Assembly (NCBI GenBank): GCA_034927285.1
Contig: JAYFQF010000024.1
Span: forward strand, 9,421 to 73,420
Direction of reading: 5' to 3'
DNA: 64,000 bases
DNA from: Peptococcaceae bacterium
GTDB lineage: Bacteria > Bacillota > Peptococcia > DRI-13 > UBA5745
This document shows positions 47,827-57,815 of this stretch, piece after piece (position 1 is the stretch's first letter; each line of letters opens with the position of its first letter). A program made the translations under genes and the position numbers. The notes beneath the pieces are model-generated. The model was not told the DNA's origin. It saw nothing but the letters and a program-made list of their open reading frames with translations, and searched no databases.

Positions 47827-48882
47827 ATGAAAAAAAACTCGACGTCTCTCATCGCTTTACTCCTCAGCCTGATGATGTTCTGCATCCCGGCTTTGGCCGG
47901 CTGCTCCGATGACGCCCCCCCGGCCTCGCAAAACGCCGGAACTCAGGAAAAACAGGAAAGCCAGGAAAGCGTGCCTGAAGAAGAGGACCTGACCGACTAT
48001 CCTCAGGGGCCGATTTCCGCCATTTGCCCCTGGTCCGCCGGCGGCGCCTCGGATATCGCCTTCCGGACTTATCTGAACTATATTGCCGAAGAACTGGGCG
48101 CCGATATTAACGTACAAAACGTCACCGGCGGCGACGGCTCTATCGGTATCGCCCAGGCCCTGGCGGCTCCGGCCGACGGCTACATGATCGCCATGTTGAA
48201 CTACGACCTGCTTTCCAACGAAATCAAAGGCATCACCGAAGACTCTTATCAGGACTTTGCTTTAATTGATATTTTTACCCTTCAAGGCGTCAATCTGATC
48301 GTCCGCTCCGATTCCGGCTGGGATACCTTCGATGACTTCATTCAGGCGGCCAAAGCCGCCAAAGCCGCGGGCAAGACCCTGCAAATCGGCATCAACGGTT
48401 TCTGGCTCCACGCCGCAGGCATGATGGCCGACGCCGCCGGCATTACCGACTGCGTCACCTTCGTCCCCTCCGACGGCAGCTCGGTTTTGATGACCGAGCT
48501 TTTGGGCGGCCATGTGGATGCCGTCACTTCCTCCGTCAGCGTGGCCATCCCCCATCTGGAATCCGGTGACATGAAGATCCTGGGCACCATGTCGGAAACC
48601 CGTATGGAAAAATACCCCGACGTCCCCACTTTCAAGGAAATGGGGTATGACGTGGTCATCGCCGGGTTCCGGGCACTGGGTGTCCATCAGGATACGCCGC
48701 AGCCCATTGTGGACCGCCTGCGGGAAGCGGCAAAGGTCGCCTACGATAATCCGGACTTCCAGAAATGGGCCACCGAATCCAGCATCGACCAGGTATACAT
48801 GGACGCTGAGGAAAGCCGGATATACCTGGAATCTCTTTATCCCTCCGTGGAAAGCACCATGAAAAAGCTGGGCCTGATCTGA
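47827..48882 (+). CDS. tctC: Tripartite tricarboxylate transporter solute-binding lipoprotein (TctC/Bug)
   Basis: Lipobox LAGC; ICPWSAGGASD, VQNVTGGDG, PDVPTFKEMG, GVHQDTP. Confidence 0.88.
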   Translation: MKKNSTSLIALLLSLMMFCIPALAGCSDDAPPASQNAGTQEKQESQESVPEEEDLTDYPQGPISAICPWSAGGASDIAFRTYLNYIAEELGADINVQNVTGGDGSIGIAQALAAPADGYMIAMLNYDLLSNEIKGITEDSYQDFALIDIFTLQGVNLIVRSDSGWDTFDDFIQAAKAAKAAGKTLQIGINGFWLHAAGMMADAAGITDCVTFVPSDGSSVLMTELLGGHVDAVTSSVSVAIPHLESGDMKILGTMSETRMEKYPDVPTFKEMGYDVVIAGFRALGVHQDTPQPIVDRLREAAKVAYDNPDFQKWATESSIDQVYMDAEESRIYLESLYPSVESTMKKLGLI

Positions 48883-48975
48883 GCGGAAAACAGGGCTGCC
48901 AGCGGAGACAGGCAGGCGGGGAGCGGCCGCTTCCCCGCCGCCTCCTTATCGAGCTATTGAAAAGAGGTGACTCCC

Positions 48976-49530
48976 ATGAAAAAAGCAGATATCGGAATAG
49001 GAGTATTCCTGCTAATCCTCAGTTGCTTTCTCTTTTATGTGACTTTCGATTTCTATCATCCCCCGACCCAGATCGCCGGACCGGCCCTGTGGCCCAGGAT
49101 CCTGCTGATCTGCCTGGCCCTGCTTTCCCTGGGGCTGATCCGGCAAGGGAGCCTGGCCGGCCGGGCCCAAAAAGAGCCGGCCCAAAGGCAGACGGCCCAA
49201 AGGGAGCCGGCTGCGGAAGTCCAGACCTCCCAAAGCTTTTTTCAGGGTCTAAAAGCTTATCTGGCCAATCCCGGTGAGAGGCGGGTGCTTTTTGCGGTGC
49301 TGGCAGTTCTTCTGTTTAACTTTCTTTTTAAGCCCCTGGGCTTTATTCTCAGCGTACCCTTGTTTTTTCTCAGTTTGACCTATATTCTGGAACCGTCGAA
49401 AAGGCCCCGGGACTTTTTCCTCCGTCTGCTGCAGGGTCTGGCGGTAACCGCCGTAGTCTACCTGGTCTTTTACCGGCTGCTTTCGGTACGTCTGCCCCTT
49501 GGCTTTCTGCCGAAAAAATGGTTTTATTAA
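48976..49530 (+). CDS. tctB: TTT small membrane subunit TctB
   Basis: Four TM helices, GPALWP, VFYRLLSVRLPLG. Confidence 0.82.
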   Translation: MKKADIGIGVFLLILSCFLFYVTFDFYHPPTQIAGPALWPRILLICLALLSLGLIRQGSLAGRAQKEPAQRQTAQREPAAEVQTSQSFFQGLKAYLANPGERRVLFAVLAVLLFNFLFKPLGFILSVPLFFLSLTYILEPSKRPRDFFLRLLQGLAVTAVVYLVFYRLLSVRLPLGFLPKKWFY

Positions 49531-49547
49531 TAAGGAGGGATCTGTTC

Positions 49548-51044
49548 ATGGACTTTTTTTCCGGTCTGACTACGGTTTTCCAGGCGGCAAACCTGCTGCT
49601 TTTAATCCTGGGCGTGATCCTGGGCATCATCGTAGGCGCTATTCCCGGTCTGACCGCCACTTTGGCGATTTCCCTTCTGCTGCCCTTCACCTTCAGCCTG
49701 GAAGCCAGCAGCGCCCTGATTATGCTGGTGGGCATTTATGTGGGCGGTATTTACGGCGGTTCCATCACCGCCATTCTTTTGCGGACTCCCGGCACCCCCG
49801 GCGCTGCTGCCACCGCTTTGGACGGCTATCCCCTGATGCAAAAAGGCCAGGGCGGCAGAGCCCTGGGCATTGCCACCACCGCCTCCTTCACCGGCGGTAT
49901 CATCAGCGCCGCTTTCATGATCTTTTTATCTCCCGCCATCTCCAGCTTTGCCCTGAAATTCAGCTCGGCGGAATTTTTTGCTTTAGCCTTCTTTGGGCTG
50001 ACCATTATCTTTTCCGTCTCCGGCGGTTCCCTGCTGAAAGGGGCCATGGCCGGCTGCATCGGTCTGGTGATAAACACCGTGGGCCTGGATCGTATCGTGG
50101 CCTATCCCCGTTTTACTTTCGGCAGCCGGAGCCTTTTGGTGGGCTTCCCCCTTTTGCCTTCCATCATCGGCCTCTTTGCCCTTTCCGAAGTGCTGCGTCT
50201 TTTTTTAGCGGATCCGAAAAATAAGGATGAAGCTCCCTTGAAAGTAGGCCGGATCCTGCCCCGCTGGCAGGACCTGGTTCACTTAAAGTGGATTTTCCTG
50301 AAATCCAGCATCATCGGCACCCTGATCGGCGCTTTGCCTGGGGCCGGCGCAAATATTGCTTCCTTTGTGGCGTATAATGAGGCTAAACGCAGCTCCAAAA
50401 CCCCGGAGGAGTTTGGCAAGGGTATTATTGACGGCGTAGCCGCTCCGGAAGCGTCAAATAACGCCGTGACCGGCGGCGCTCTGATTCCCATGCTGACCCT
50501 GGGCGTGCCCGGAGACTCGGTGACCGCCGTGCTGCTGGGGGCCCTCACCATTCAGGGATTGCAGCCGGGGCCTCTGCTCTTTCGTGATCATCCCGGCGTG
50601 ATAAACGCCATCTTTGCCGGCATTATCGTGGCCAATGTTCTGATGCTGATTTTCGGCCTCACCCTGTCCACGATTTTTGCCCGTATCGCTACCATCAAAA
50701 GGACTACCCTGGCGCCGATCATCGCCATCTTTTCCCTGATCGGGGCCTTTGCTGGCGAAGGCTCTTTCTGGCACATGATCATTGCCGCCGGCTTCGGCAT
50801 CTGCGGCTATTTCCTGGAGAAAAATCAATTTCCCCTGGCTCCCATTGCCCTGGCTATCGTTTTGGGACCCCTGGCGGAAAGTAATTTCCGTACGGCGCTG
50901 ATCCGTTCCAATGGGAATCCCCTGATTTTTCTTTCCAGTCCCATCAGCGTCTTTTTCCTGGCCGTAGCTATCGGTTCCATTTTCTTCAGCCTGCGCAAAC
51001 AGCGTAAGGCAGGCTCTGCAAAAGCAAGATCGGAGGCGGCGTGA
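49548..51044 (+). CDS. tctA: TTT large membrane subunit TctA
   Basis: GAIPGLTAT, YGGSITAIL..PGTP, TALDGYP, APEASNNA, LGVPGD, PGPLLF. Confidence 0.93.
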   Translation: MDFFSGLTTVFQAANLLLLILGVILGIIVGAIPGLTATLAISLLLPFTFSLEASSALIMLVGIYVGGIYGGSITAILLRTPGTPGAAATALDGYPLMQKGQGGRALGIATTASFTGGIISAAFMIFLSPAISSFALKFSSAEFFALAFFGLTIIFSVSGGSLLKGAMAGCIGLVINTVGLDRIVAYPRFTFGSRSLLVGFPLLPSIIGLFALSEVLRLFLADPKNKDEAPLKVGRILPRWQDLVHLKWIFLKSSIIGTLIGALPGAGANIASFVAYNEAKRSSKTPEEFGKGIIDGVAAPEASNNAVTGGALIPMLTLGVPGDSVTAVLLGALTIQGLQPGPLLFRDHPGVINAIFAGIIVANVLMLIFGLTLSTIFARIATIKRTTLAPIIAIFSLIGAFAGEGSFWHMIIAAGFGICGYFLEKNQFPLAPIALAIVLGPLAESNFRTALIRSNGNPLIFLSSPISVFFLAVAIGSIFFSLRKQRKAGSAKARSEAA

Positions 51045-51415
51045 GTATGAATGAGTTCAGCATGAATCCCTTGAAACTGGATAAGGAAGAAGTTATCGCC
51101 GTGACGGTGGGTTACCCGAAAACCCGTCTCATGTCTCTCACCGTTCCCAAGGTGGGCTATCTGATGTGCGGTATGCTGAACGTGGAAATGCTGGATAAGC
51201 TCCATGCCGAGCGGAAGATCATCGCCGCACAGTTTACCGGCATCGACAAAGTCGATGACCTTCTGACGGCGCAGGCCCGGCAAGTGACCAAAGAAGCGGA
51301 GCGGGCAGGCATCCATCCTGGAATGACCGGCCGGCAAATTATCGACATCATGCTTAAAATCAAAAAGGACATGGAGGTCAGGGAAGCCGCCGGAGATTCG
51401 GGCCGGGAAGGGTAG
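51041..51415 (+). CDS. yunC: YunC family protein (DUF1805)
   Basis: VTVGYPKTRLM..GYLMCGMLNVEML..IIAAQFTG..DDLL..A..AGIHPGMTG resembles B. subtilis YunC. Confidence 0.78.
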   Translation: MSMNEFSMNPLKLDKEEVIAVTVGYPKTRLMSLTVPKVGYLMCGMLNVEMLDKLHAERKIIAAQFTGIDKVDDLLTAQARQVTKEAERAGIHPGMTGRQIIDIMLKIKKDMEVREAAGDSGREG

Positions 51416-51542
51416 GGCCGGAAGCTTCCTTCGAAAAAGCACTGTTTTGCCGAAAGAATCCCCTCCCTTTGACAAACGGACGGCCCAAAATGTTTTCCCT
51501 GCATTTTGTACCGTCCGTTTTCTTTGGTCTTCTGTTTTCCGT

Positions 51543-52343
51543 TTACCTCAGCCTGATTTCTACAGGACGGCCAAGGGCGAGGCTGTCCGGAGTCACCCGG
51601 CAATCGTAGGCCAAAACCGTCACCCCGGCGGCGTCGGCTTCCCGTAAAGCCCTGGTAAAAGCCGGGTCCCGTTCCGTATGGGGGGTAAAATAAATCATCT
51701 CCCCCATCTGGACAATAAAAACCACATATGCGGCATAACCGGCTGCCTTGGCCCGGACCAGCTCCCGCAGGTGTCTGGTCCCCCGTTCCGTGGGAGCGTC
51801 GGGAAAGCGGCAGATCCCCTTTTCCTCCAGCGTAACACCTTTTACTTCGATAAAAGCCCGCCAGAGCCTCCCCGGTTCTTCCTGCTCCGGCCCGCCGTCC
51901 CCGCTTTCTTCCGCGGCCAGGCCGGCCCCTGCCCCGGCTTCATCCCTTTGAGCAGCTTCCGCATAAAGGTCGAAGCGGGAATCGCCAAAAGCGACTTCCC
52001 GCCGCAGCAGCGTCAAGGGACCTGGCTGGCCCGGCAGCCGGAAGCCCCCGGCCATTGCTTCATACAGCACTTGATTGGGCGCCTGAGAGTCCATATTGAC
52101 CAGCAGCGGGTTCCCCGGCGGTTTTCCTCTGAGCTTTTCCACGGCGATCAGATCCCAGGCCGTTTTACGGGCCGGATTGGCTCCCGCCGTCAAATAGACG
52201 GCGGCGCCGGGAATCAGCAATTCCCGGCAGCGGCCGGTGTTTTTTACATGCACCGTCTCTTCCCGGCCCTCCAGGCTGCAATAAGCGATAAACCGGTTGG
52301 GCCGCCGCAGGAACTCAGCGGAAATTACCCGGTCATATCTCAT
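51543..52343 (-). CDS. sfsA: SfsA family nuclease with acidic insertion
   Basis: RRPNRFIA, HVKNTGRCRELL, SRFDL, IEVKGVTL, FPDAPTERG. Confidence 0.92.
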   Translation of the reverse strand: MRYDRVISAEFLRRPNRFIAYCSLEGREETVHVKNTGRCRELLIPGAAVYLTAGANPARKTAWDLIAVEKLRGKPPGNPLLVNMDSQAPNQVLYEAMAGGFRLPGQPGPLTLLRREVAFGDSRFDLYAEAAQRDEAGAGAGLAAEESGDGGPEQEEPGRLWRAFIEVKGVTLEEKGICRFPDAPTERGTRHLRELVRAKAAGYAAYVVFIVQMGEMIYFTPHTERDPAFTRALREADAAGVTVLAYDCRVTPDSLALGRPVEIRLR

Positions 52344-54949
52344 TTTCCCTTTTTGTATCCTTTCCCTTTGCCATTACTGCCGCCTTTATCGTTGCGGGCA
52401 TTGACCGGCGCCCCGGGGCGCCCTTTTGAGGCACCCTGACCTTTTGTGGCCTTTTCCGTCCTTTTCCTCTGAGCCGTACCCGCTTTGGCCGGCGGCTTGG
52501 CTTTGCCGGCAGAGAAGCCGCTTTTTCCCTGATCGAAAACATTATAAAAAAGCTGGGGAGCCGGTTCCTTTTTCCCGGCGGTACGTCCGGGGACGGCGGC
52601 ATGTTCGGGACCACCGGTACGTCCGGGGCCGGCGGCTTTCCTGCCGTGGGCGGTTTTGCGATCTCCAGGCCCGGCGGCGGTATTCCTTCCGGCAGACGCT
52701 TTCTTTCCGGGAGCCGCTTCTTTTCCGGCGGCGGCATTCCTTCCGGCAGCGGTTCTCTTTCCGGCGGCGGTTTTCCTGCCCCGGATATGCCGGTTCGCCG
52801 TCTCGGCTTCCGCCAGTAAAGCCTCAAACACTTCTTCGGCTTCCGGGAAGGGCTGTAATTTTCTCTCCGCCTTTTGGTCTCCCATCACGACGCCGCGATC
52901 CTCCCCCTTGCCGCGGGCTCCTCTGCCCTCTGCTTTTTCCCGCCGGGGGGTGTTGCTCCCGCCGCGCCGTTTTCCCACTGTTTTATCCGGCTGCTTATTA
53001 TCGGCGGCGCTTGGTTTCTGTGGTTTTTCCTTACTTTCGCCTTTTTCTGCCAGCTCAAAATCCACGTAGCCGGCCCCCACGTCCACCGCGGTCAGCCGCA
53101 CACGGACCTGGTCGCCCATCCGGTAGCTTTTGTGGCGGCGCCAGGAAGACAAGGTCTGCGTTTTCTCGTCGAACTCATAATAATCTTCCATAGTGGAAAC
53201 GTGGACAAGTCCTTCCACGGTATTGGGCAGCGCCACATAAAAGCCGTAGCCGGTGACTCCGCTGACTATGGCGTCGAATTCCTGTCCGATAAATCGGCTC
53301 ATATAGGCCGCTTTCCACAGGTTATCGGCCTTGCGTTCCGCATCCTCCGCCGCTCTTTCGCAAAGGGAGGCCTGGCCGCACTGTTCTTCCAGGCGTTCCC
53401 GCTGCCGTTCCGCCGATGCCTTATCCGGGCGGCCTTTCATTCCATATTCCTTGATGATGCGATGAACCATCAGATCCGGATAACGGCGGATCGGTGAAGT
53501 AAAATGACAATAACAATCGGACGCCAGGCCAAAATGGCCTTCTTCCACAGGACTGTAGCTGGCATGAGTCAGGGAGCGCAGCAGCATCGTGGATACCATA
53601 GACTCCTCCGGCCGTCCTTTGATCTGTTGGATCAGGCGCTGGTAAGACCTGGGGGTTACGCCAAATCCCATCACCTCGGTTTTAGCGCGGCTGCCCCGGG
53701 CTCCTTCCCCCTCTTTGTTTCCCCCCGGCCTGCCCTGAGCGCCGTAAGTCCGGGCGCCGCCTTCGGGCTGCCGCTCAGCCTTGACGAAAAGGCCCAGGGG
53801 CTGCAAAAACTGATTCAGGGCAAACAAGGACTCCCGGGTAGGATAAGAATGGATACGATAAGGGAAGGGCACCGCTTTATTTCGGTAATGCTCCGCCACG
53901 GTTTCATTGGCCATGATCATAAATTCCTCGATGACCATTTCCGACAGCATCCGGTGCTTGCGCCGGATCTCCTCCGGTCCTCCGTCTTCGTTCAGGATGA
54001 TTTTGCACTCCGGCAGCTCAAAATCCAAAGCCCCCCGTTCCAGCCGGTTTTTCCGCAAAATCAGGCAAAGCCCGGCCATATCCAGCAGCATATCGCCCAC
54101 GGCTTCCCGGCTGAAATAATCTGCGGCCTTTACGGCGGCCTCCACCGGGCTTTGCCGGCCCTCCAGGACATCCCTGGTCCGGAAGCCCCGGCGGTTATAA
54201 AAAGCCTGGACCTGAGGATAGCTGAGCTTTTCCTGGGAGCGAATAACCGTGGGAAAGATCTGATAACCCGTCAGCCGCCCTCCTTCGTTTAACTCCATCA
54301 GGCAGCTGACCGCCAGACGGTCTTCGCCGGGATTCAAACTGCAGATCCCGTTGGAAAGAGCCGGCGGCAGCATAGGCAACACGGCGTCGGGAAAATACAC
54401 GCTGGTTCCCCGCAGATATGCTTCTTTATCCAGAACCGAGCCGGAACCCACATAATGGGATACGTCGGCGATATGGACGCCCAGCCTCCAGCCGCCGTCA
54501 GCTTTTTTCGTCAGGCTGATGGCGTCGTCGATGTCCCGGGTGTCTTCACCGTCGATGGTGACGATCAGCTCCTGCCGCAGATCCAGCCGGTCCTTCAGGT
54601 CTCTCTCGACCAGGGTCTGGCCGACCCGTCCGGCAGCTTCCATTACCTTGGGGGGGAAGATTTCCCGCAGCCCCAGGCGGCGGATCAGCGCTTTTTCCGC
54701 GGCCGCCACATCATTTCGCCTGCCCAGCACCTCCACGACTTTGCCGATCTCCGATATGCCGGCCCTCTGCTTAATGTTGCGGTAGCTGGCCTGGGGCAAA
54801 AGCTCCACGACTACCTGGTCCCCCGGCCTGGCCTCCAGTTCGCTGCCCTGGAGAATCAGCACCTCCCGGATTTCCCGGCGGTCATGGGGAATCACCCGGC
54901 CGAAGGCCCCGACAGTTTCATATGTTCCTGTAATTGGCGGTTTTTTCAT
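52340..54949 (-). CDS. rnr: Ribonuclease R, lacking N-terminal HTH/CSD1, long basic low-complexity tail
   Basis: DGEDTRDIDDA, HIADVS, LSNGICSL, HFTSPIRRYPDL, S1 domain; starts at a CSD2-like segment. Confidence 0.9.
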   Translation of the reverse strand: MKKPPITGTYETVGAFGRVIPHDRREIREVLILQGSELEARPGDQVVVELLPQASYRNIKQRAGISEIGKVVEVLGRRNDVAAAEKALIRRLGLREIFPPKVMEAAGRVGQTLVERDLKDRLDLRQELIVTIDGEDTRDIDDAISLTKKADGGWRLGVHIADVSHYVGSGSVLDKEAYLRGTSVYFPDAVLPMLPPALSNGICSLNPGEDRLAVSCLMELNEGGRLTGYQIFPTVIRSQEKLSYPQVQAFYNRRGFRTRDVLEGRQSPVEAAVKAADYFSREAVGDMLLDMAGLCLILRKNRLERGALDFELPECKIILNEDGGPEEIRRKHRMLSEMVIEEFMIMANETVAEHYRNKAVPFPYRIHSYPTRESLFALNQFLQPLGLFVKAERQPEGGARTYGAQGRPGGNKEGEGARGSRAKTEVMGFGVTPRSYQRLIQQIKGRPEESMVSTMLLRSLTHASYSPVEEGHFGLASDCYCHFTSPIRRYPDLMVHRIIKEYGMKGRPDKASAERQRERLEEQCGQASLCERAAEDAERKADNLWKAAYMSRFIGQEFDAIVSGVTGYGFYVALPNTVEGLVHVSTMEDYYEFDEKTQTLSSWRRHKSYRMGDQVRVRLTAVDVGAGYVDFELAEKGESKEKPQKPSAADNKQPDKTVGKRRGGSNTPRREKAEGRGARGKGEDRGVVMGDQKAERKLQPFPEAEEVFEALLAEAETANRHIRGRKTAAGKRTAAGRNAAAGKEAAPGKKASAGRNTAAGPGDRKTAHGRKAAGPGRTGGPEHAAVPGRTAGKKEPAPQLFYNVFDQGKSGFSAGKAKPPAKAGTAQRKRTEKATKGQGASKGRPGAPVNARNDKGGSNGKGKGYKKGK

Positions 54950-55971
54950 TGGATTTTCCTGTATCCTTCCATATCGCTTTTAACTTCTTTCAACATCCTG
55001 CGGATAGGCAGCTCATAGGGGCAGCGGCTTTCGCACCGGCCGCACTCCACGCAGGCTTCCGGCTTGATCCCGCAGGCGGCATAGCGGGCCCAGGCCCAAT
55101 CCTTCATGTCGTACCTGCGGAAATAGGCCTGGAAGATAAACATCCCGGAAATGTCGATCCCCTGGGGGCAAGGCTGGCAATAATCGCAGCGGCGGCAATA
55201 GCTTTTGCCCAACCGGCGGCAAAATTCTTCCGCTTCCTTCTGTTCTTCCCCGTTTAAGGCCTGTCCATTCGTGACGGTATAAAGGTTTTGCCGCATCTGT
55301 TCCGGACTTTCCACTCCGGGAATAAAGCTGGAAACCTCCTTATCCAGAAAAAAGCGCAGGGCCAGATCCGGCGGCAGGGCGCCGCCGCCCAAGGGCTTCA
55401 TGCACAGGATCCCCAGATCCTTTTGGCGTGCCAGAGGCAGCAGCTCTTTTTCCGGCGCCGGTTCGTTAACGTTATAAGGTACCTGTACCGTTTCAAACAG
55501 GTCGGTTTTCAAAAGCCTGGTCAGCCGCTCCACCTGATGGCCGGTAATGCCGATATGCCGGATCTTGCCGGCCTTTTTGGCGGCAAACAAGGCTTCCAGG
55601 CCGCCGCCGGGGGCAAAGAGCTCTTCCTCGTCTTTATCGAAACGGACATTATGACACTGGTAGAGATCAATGTAATCGGTATTTAAATACTTCAGACTCA
55701 GATCGATATCTCTTTGCATGGCTTCGCCGGTTCTGACCAGAGTTTTGCTGGCCAGAATATAGCTGTCCCTGGGCACCCCGCCAAGGGCCCGGCCGATTTT
55801 TTCCTCGCTGTCGGTGTAAGCCCGGGCGGTGTCGATAAAGTTTACCCCCAGTTCCAGACCGGTGCGGATAGTTGCCGCCGCGGCCTCGGCAGAGACTCTC
55901 TGAACAGGGATGCCCCCAAAGCCTAAAAAAGAAACCTTTAGCTCTGTTTTGCCCAATCGACGGTATTCCAA
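54946..55971 (-). CDS. Aldo/keto reductase with C-terminal 4Fe-4S domain
   Basis: LGFGGIP, FIDTARAY, DLYQCH, GITGH, MKPLGGG, CRRCDYCQPC, CVECGRCESRC. Confidence 0.9.
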   Translation of the reverse strand: MEYRRLGKTELKVSFLGFGGIPVQRVSAEAAAATIRTGLELGVNFIDTARAYTDSEEKIGRALGGVPRDSYILASKTLVRTGEAMQRDIDLSLKYLNTDYIDLYQCHNVRFDKDEEELFAPGGGLEALFAAKKAGKIRHIGITGHQVERLTRLLKTDLFETVQVPYNVNEPAPEKELLPLARQKDLGILCMKPLGGGALPPDLALRFFLDKEVSSFIPGVESPEQMRQNLYTVTNGQALNGEEQKEAEEFCRRLGKSYCRRCDYCQPCPQGIDISGMFIFQAYFRRYDMKDWAWARYAACGIKPEACVECGRCESRCPYELPIRRMLKEVKSDMEGYRKIQ

Positions 55972-56055
55972 GGATATGCCTCCTTTGCGCTATAAATGGC
56001 ACAGGTTTTCTTAAGGGAAAAAAGGCAGCCGCTGCCGGCTGCCTCCTGGCCTCTT

Positions 56056-56739
56056 TTATTCGCCCAGCTCCTGACGAATCTTTTCTGCCAGTTCCGCGGC
56101 AAAATGGCCCAGGATATTATCCACATAAGCCATAATGGTGCCGGTGCAGACGCAGCCCACCACCATATCGGCCCACTCCTTGGGTATGTCGTACTGTTCC
56201 AGTTCTTTTTGGATGATGACCGCGGCCCGGATGCCCTCCTTGGAACCGATGGAATTAATCTTCGGCACTAAGTCGGCGTCTCCCTGCACTACGTCTTTAA
56301 AGCCCGGCAGGATCTTTTTAACCATCTCGTAAATCCCCTGCTCCTGGGTTTTCACTACCATGAAGCCGGGCAGGCCCCGCTGAATGCCTACGGCAGATCC
56401 GATGATCTTTCCGTCGGCAAAACGCAGCCGGGGATATTTTTCGATCAGTTCCCGGTCCACCACGCCTTTGGTGGCCACATTCAGCATCACCGCGCCGGCC
56501 TTGGCGGCGGCGGCGGCTTCGGCCATGACGGGATTCAGCATATGGGCGTCCAGAATAAAGAGAATGATGTCGGCGTCTTTTACATCTTTGATGTCCAGGG
56601 AGTATGGCCAGCCCATTTCTTCAGCCAGGGCTTTAGCCCGCTCTTCCCCCCGGCCGATAATGAGAACTTCTTCCTCCCGGGTAAGGTTCAGGGATACGGC
56701 CCGTCCCATTTTGCCGGGGCCTACCAAGGCGATTTTCAT
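56056..56739 (-). CDS. NAD(P)-binding Rossmann-fold protein, unknown function (paralogue 2)
   Basis: IALVGPGKMG, LNVATKG, helical C-terminal domain. Confidence 0.8.
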   Translation of the reverse strand: MKIALVGPGKMGRAVSLNLTREEEVLIIGRGEERAKALAEEMGWPYSLDIKDVKDADIILFILDAHMLNPVMAEAAAAAKAGAVMLNVATKGVVDRELIEKYPRLRFADGKIIGSAVGIQRGLPGFMVVKTQEQGIYEMVKKILPGFKDVVQGDADLVPKINSIGSKEGIRAAVIIQKELEQYDIPKEWADMVVGCVCTGTIMAYVDNILGHFAAELAEKIRQELGE

Positions 56740-56955
56740 TTGATTTCCTCCGTTTTCTGATACCGAAAGGCGGCTTTCCGTCTTTAACCGAAGCCTCCCG
56801 TGCCGGTTCGTTTATGTAGTTTTTGTCAGTGTGCCGTTTTCTCTTTTCAATCGTCAGGCCTTTGCCTCTCCGTGCTGTAATGCGCAGGGCCTGGCTGTTG
56901 TTTTAATCATGACGCTTTGGGGCCTTCCGGGTATTAGTGGTCAGCCCTTTGGTCT

Positions 56956-57648
56956 TCAGATTTCCGCCTCCAGCCGGTCGGCCAGAGCCCGGCCAAAGCC
57001 CCCCAGGTCGTCGTCCACGTAAGCCCGCATAGTGCCGGCGCAGACGGTATAGATAACGATGTCCTCCCAGTCCTTGGGAATATTGTATTTTTTCAGCTGC
57101 TTGCGCACCTCCACTGCGGCCCGGATGCCTTCCGTGGAGCCGATGGTATTAATCTCCGGCACCAGATCGGAATCCCCCATAACCACCTTGGTATATCCCG
57201 GCAGGATATAGGAAATTTTTTCGTAGACCTCCTGATCCCCGGTATTTACCACCACATAGCTGGGGGCCCCGGCGCTCATGGCGCCGGCATGGCCGATGAT
57301 CTTGGCGTCCACAAAATGCAGATCGGGCCGGGCGGCCTTGACTTCTTCCTCCACCTTGCCATTGGTGGCCATATTAATAATAACCGCGCCTTTCTTGGCA
57401 TGCTTCAACAGGCCGCGGCTGATCTCCGGGATAGCCGGCGCCGGCAGCACGATGGCGATGATATCCGCTTCCCCCACTCCCTCCAGGCCAAGGAAATAGC
57501 GTCCGCCTACTTCTTCCGCCAGCTTCTTTGCTTTCGGCTCATCGGTATCCACAATGACTTTCTTAACCTCCCGGGGCAACTGCAGTCCGACAAAGGAACC
57601 CATTCTTCCGGCGCCCAATACTGCCGCGGTCAAATTCATTTTCATCAC
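56956..57648 (-). CDS. NAD(P)-binding Rossmann-fold protein, unknown function (paralogue 1)
   Basis: AVLGAGRMG, INMATNG; C-terminal half aligns by eye with 56056..56739. Confidence 0.8.
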   Translation of the reverse strand: MMKMNLTAAVLGAGRMGSFVGLQLPREVKKVIVDTDEPKAKKLAEEVGGRYFLGLEGVGEADIIAIVLPAPAIPEISRGLLKHAKKGAVIINMATNGKVEEEVKAARPDLHFVDAKIIGHAGAMSAGAPSYVVVNTGDQEVYEKISYILPGYTKVVMGDSDLVPEINTIGSTEGIRAAVEVRKQLKKYNIPKDWEDIVIYTVCAGTMRAYVDDDLGGFGRALADRLEAEI

Positions 57649-57815
57649 TCCTGTTAAGAAAATAAAAAATACTTACCTCTATTATAGTTGGTTTATGGCA
57701 AAACTGGCAACACATGATATAATAATATTAACAGATTTTTTATGGCGATACTCCGGTTACCCAAGAATATACAGGAAAAAGCAGGGATCCTGTGAATTCC
57801 GCAGGAGGGTCATTG

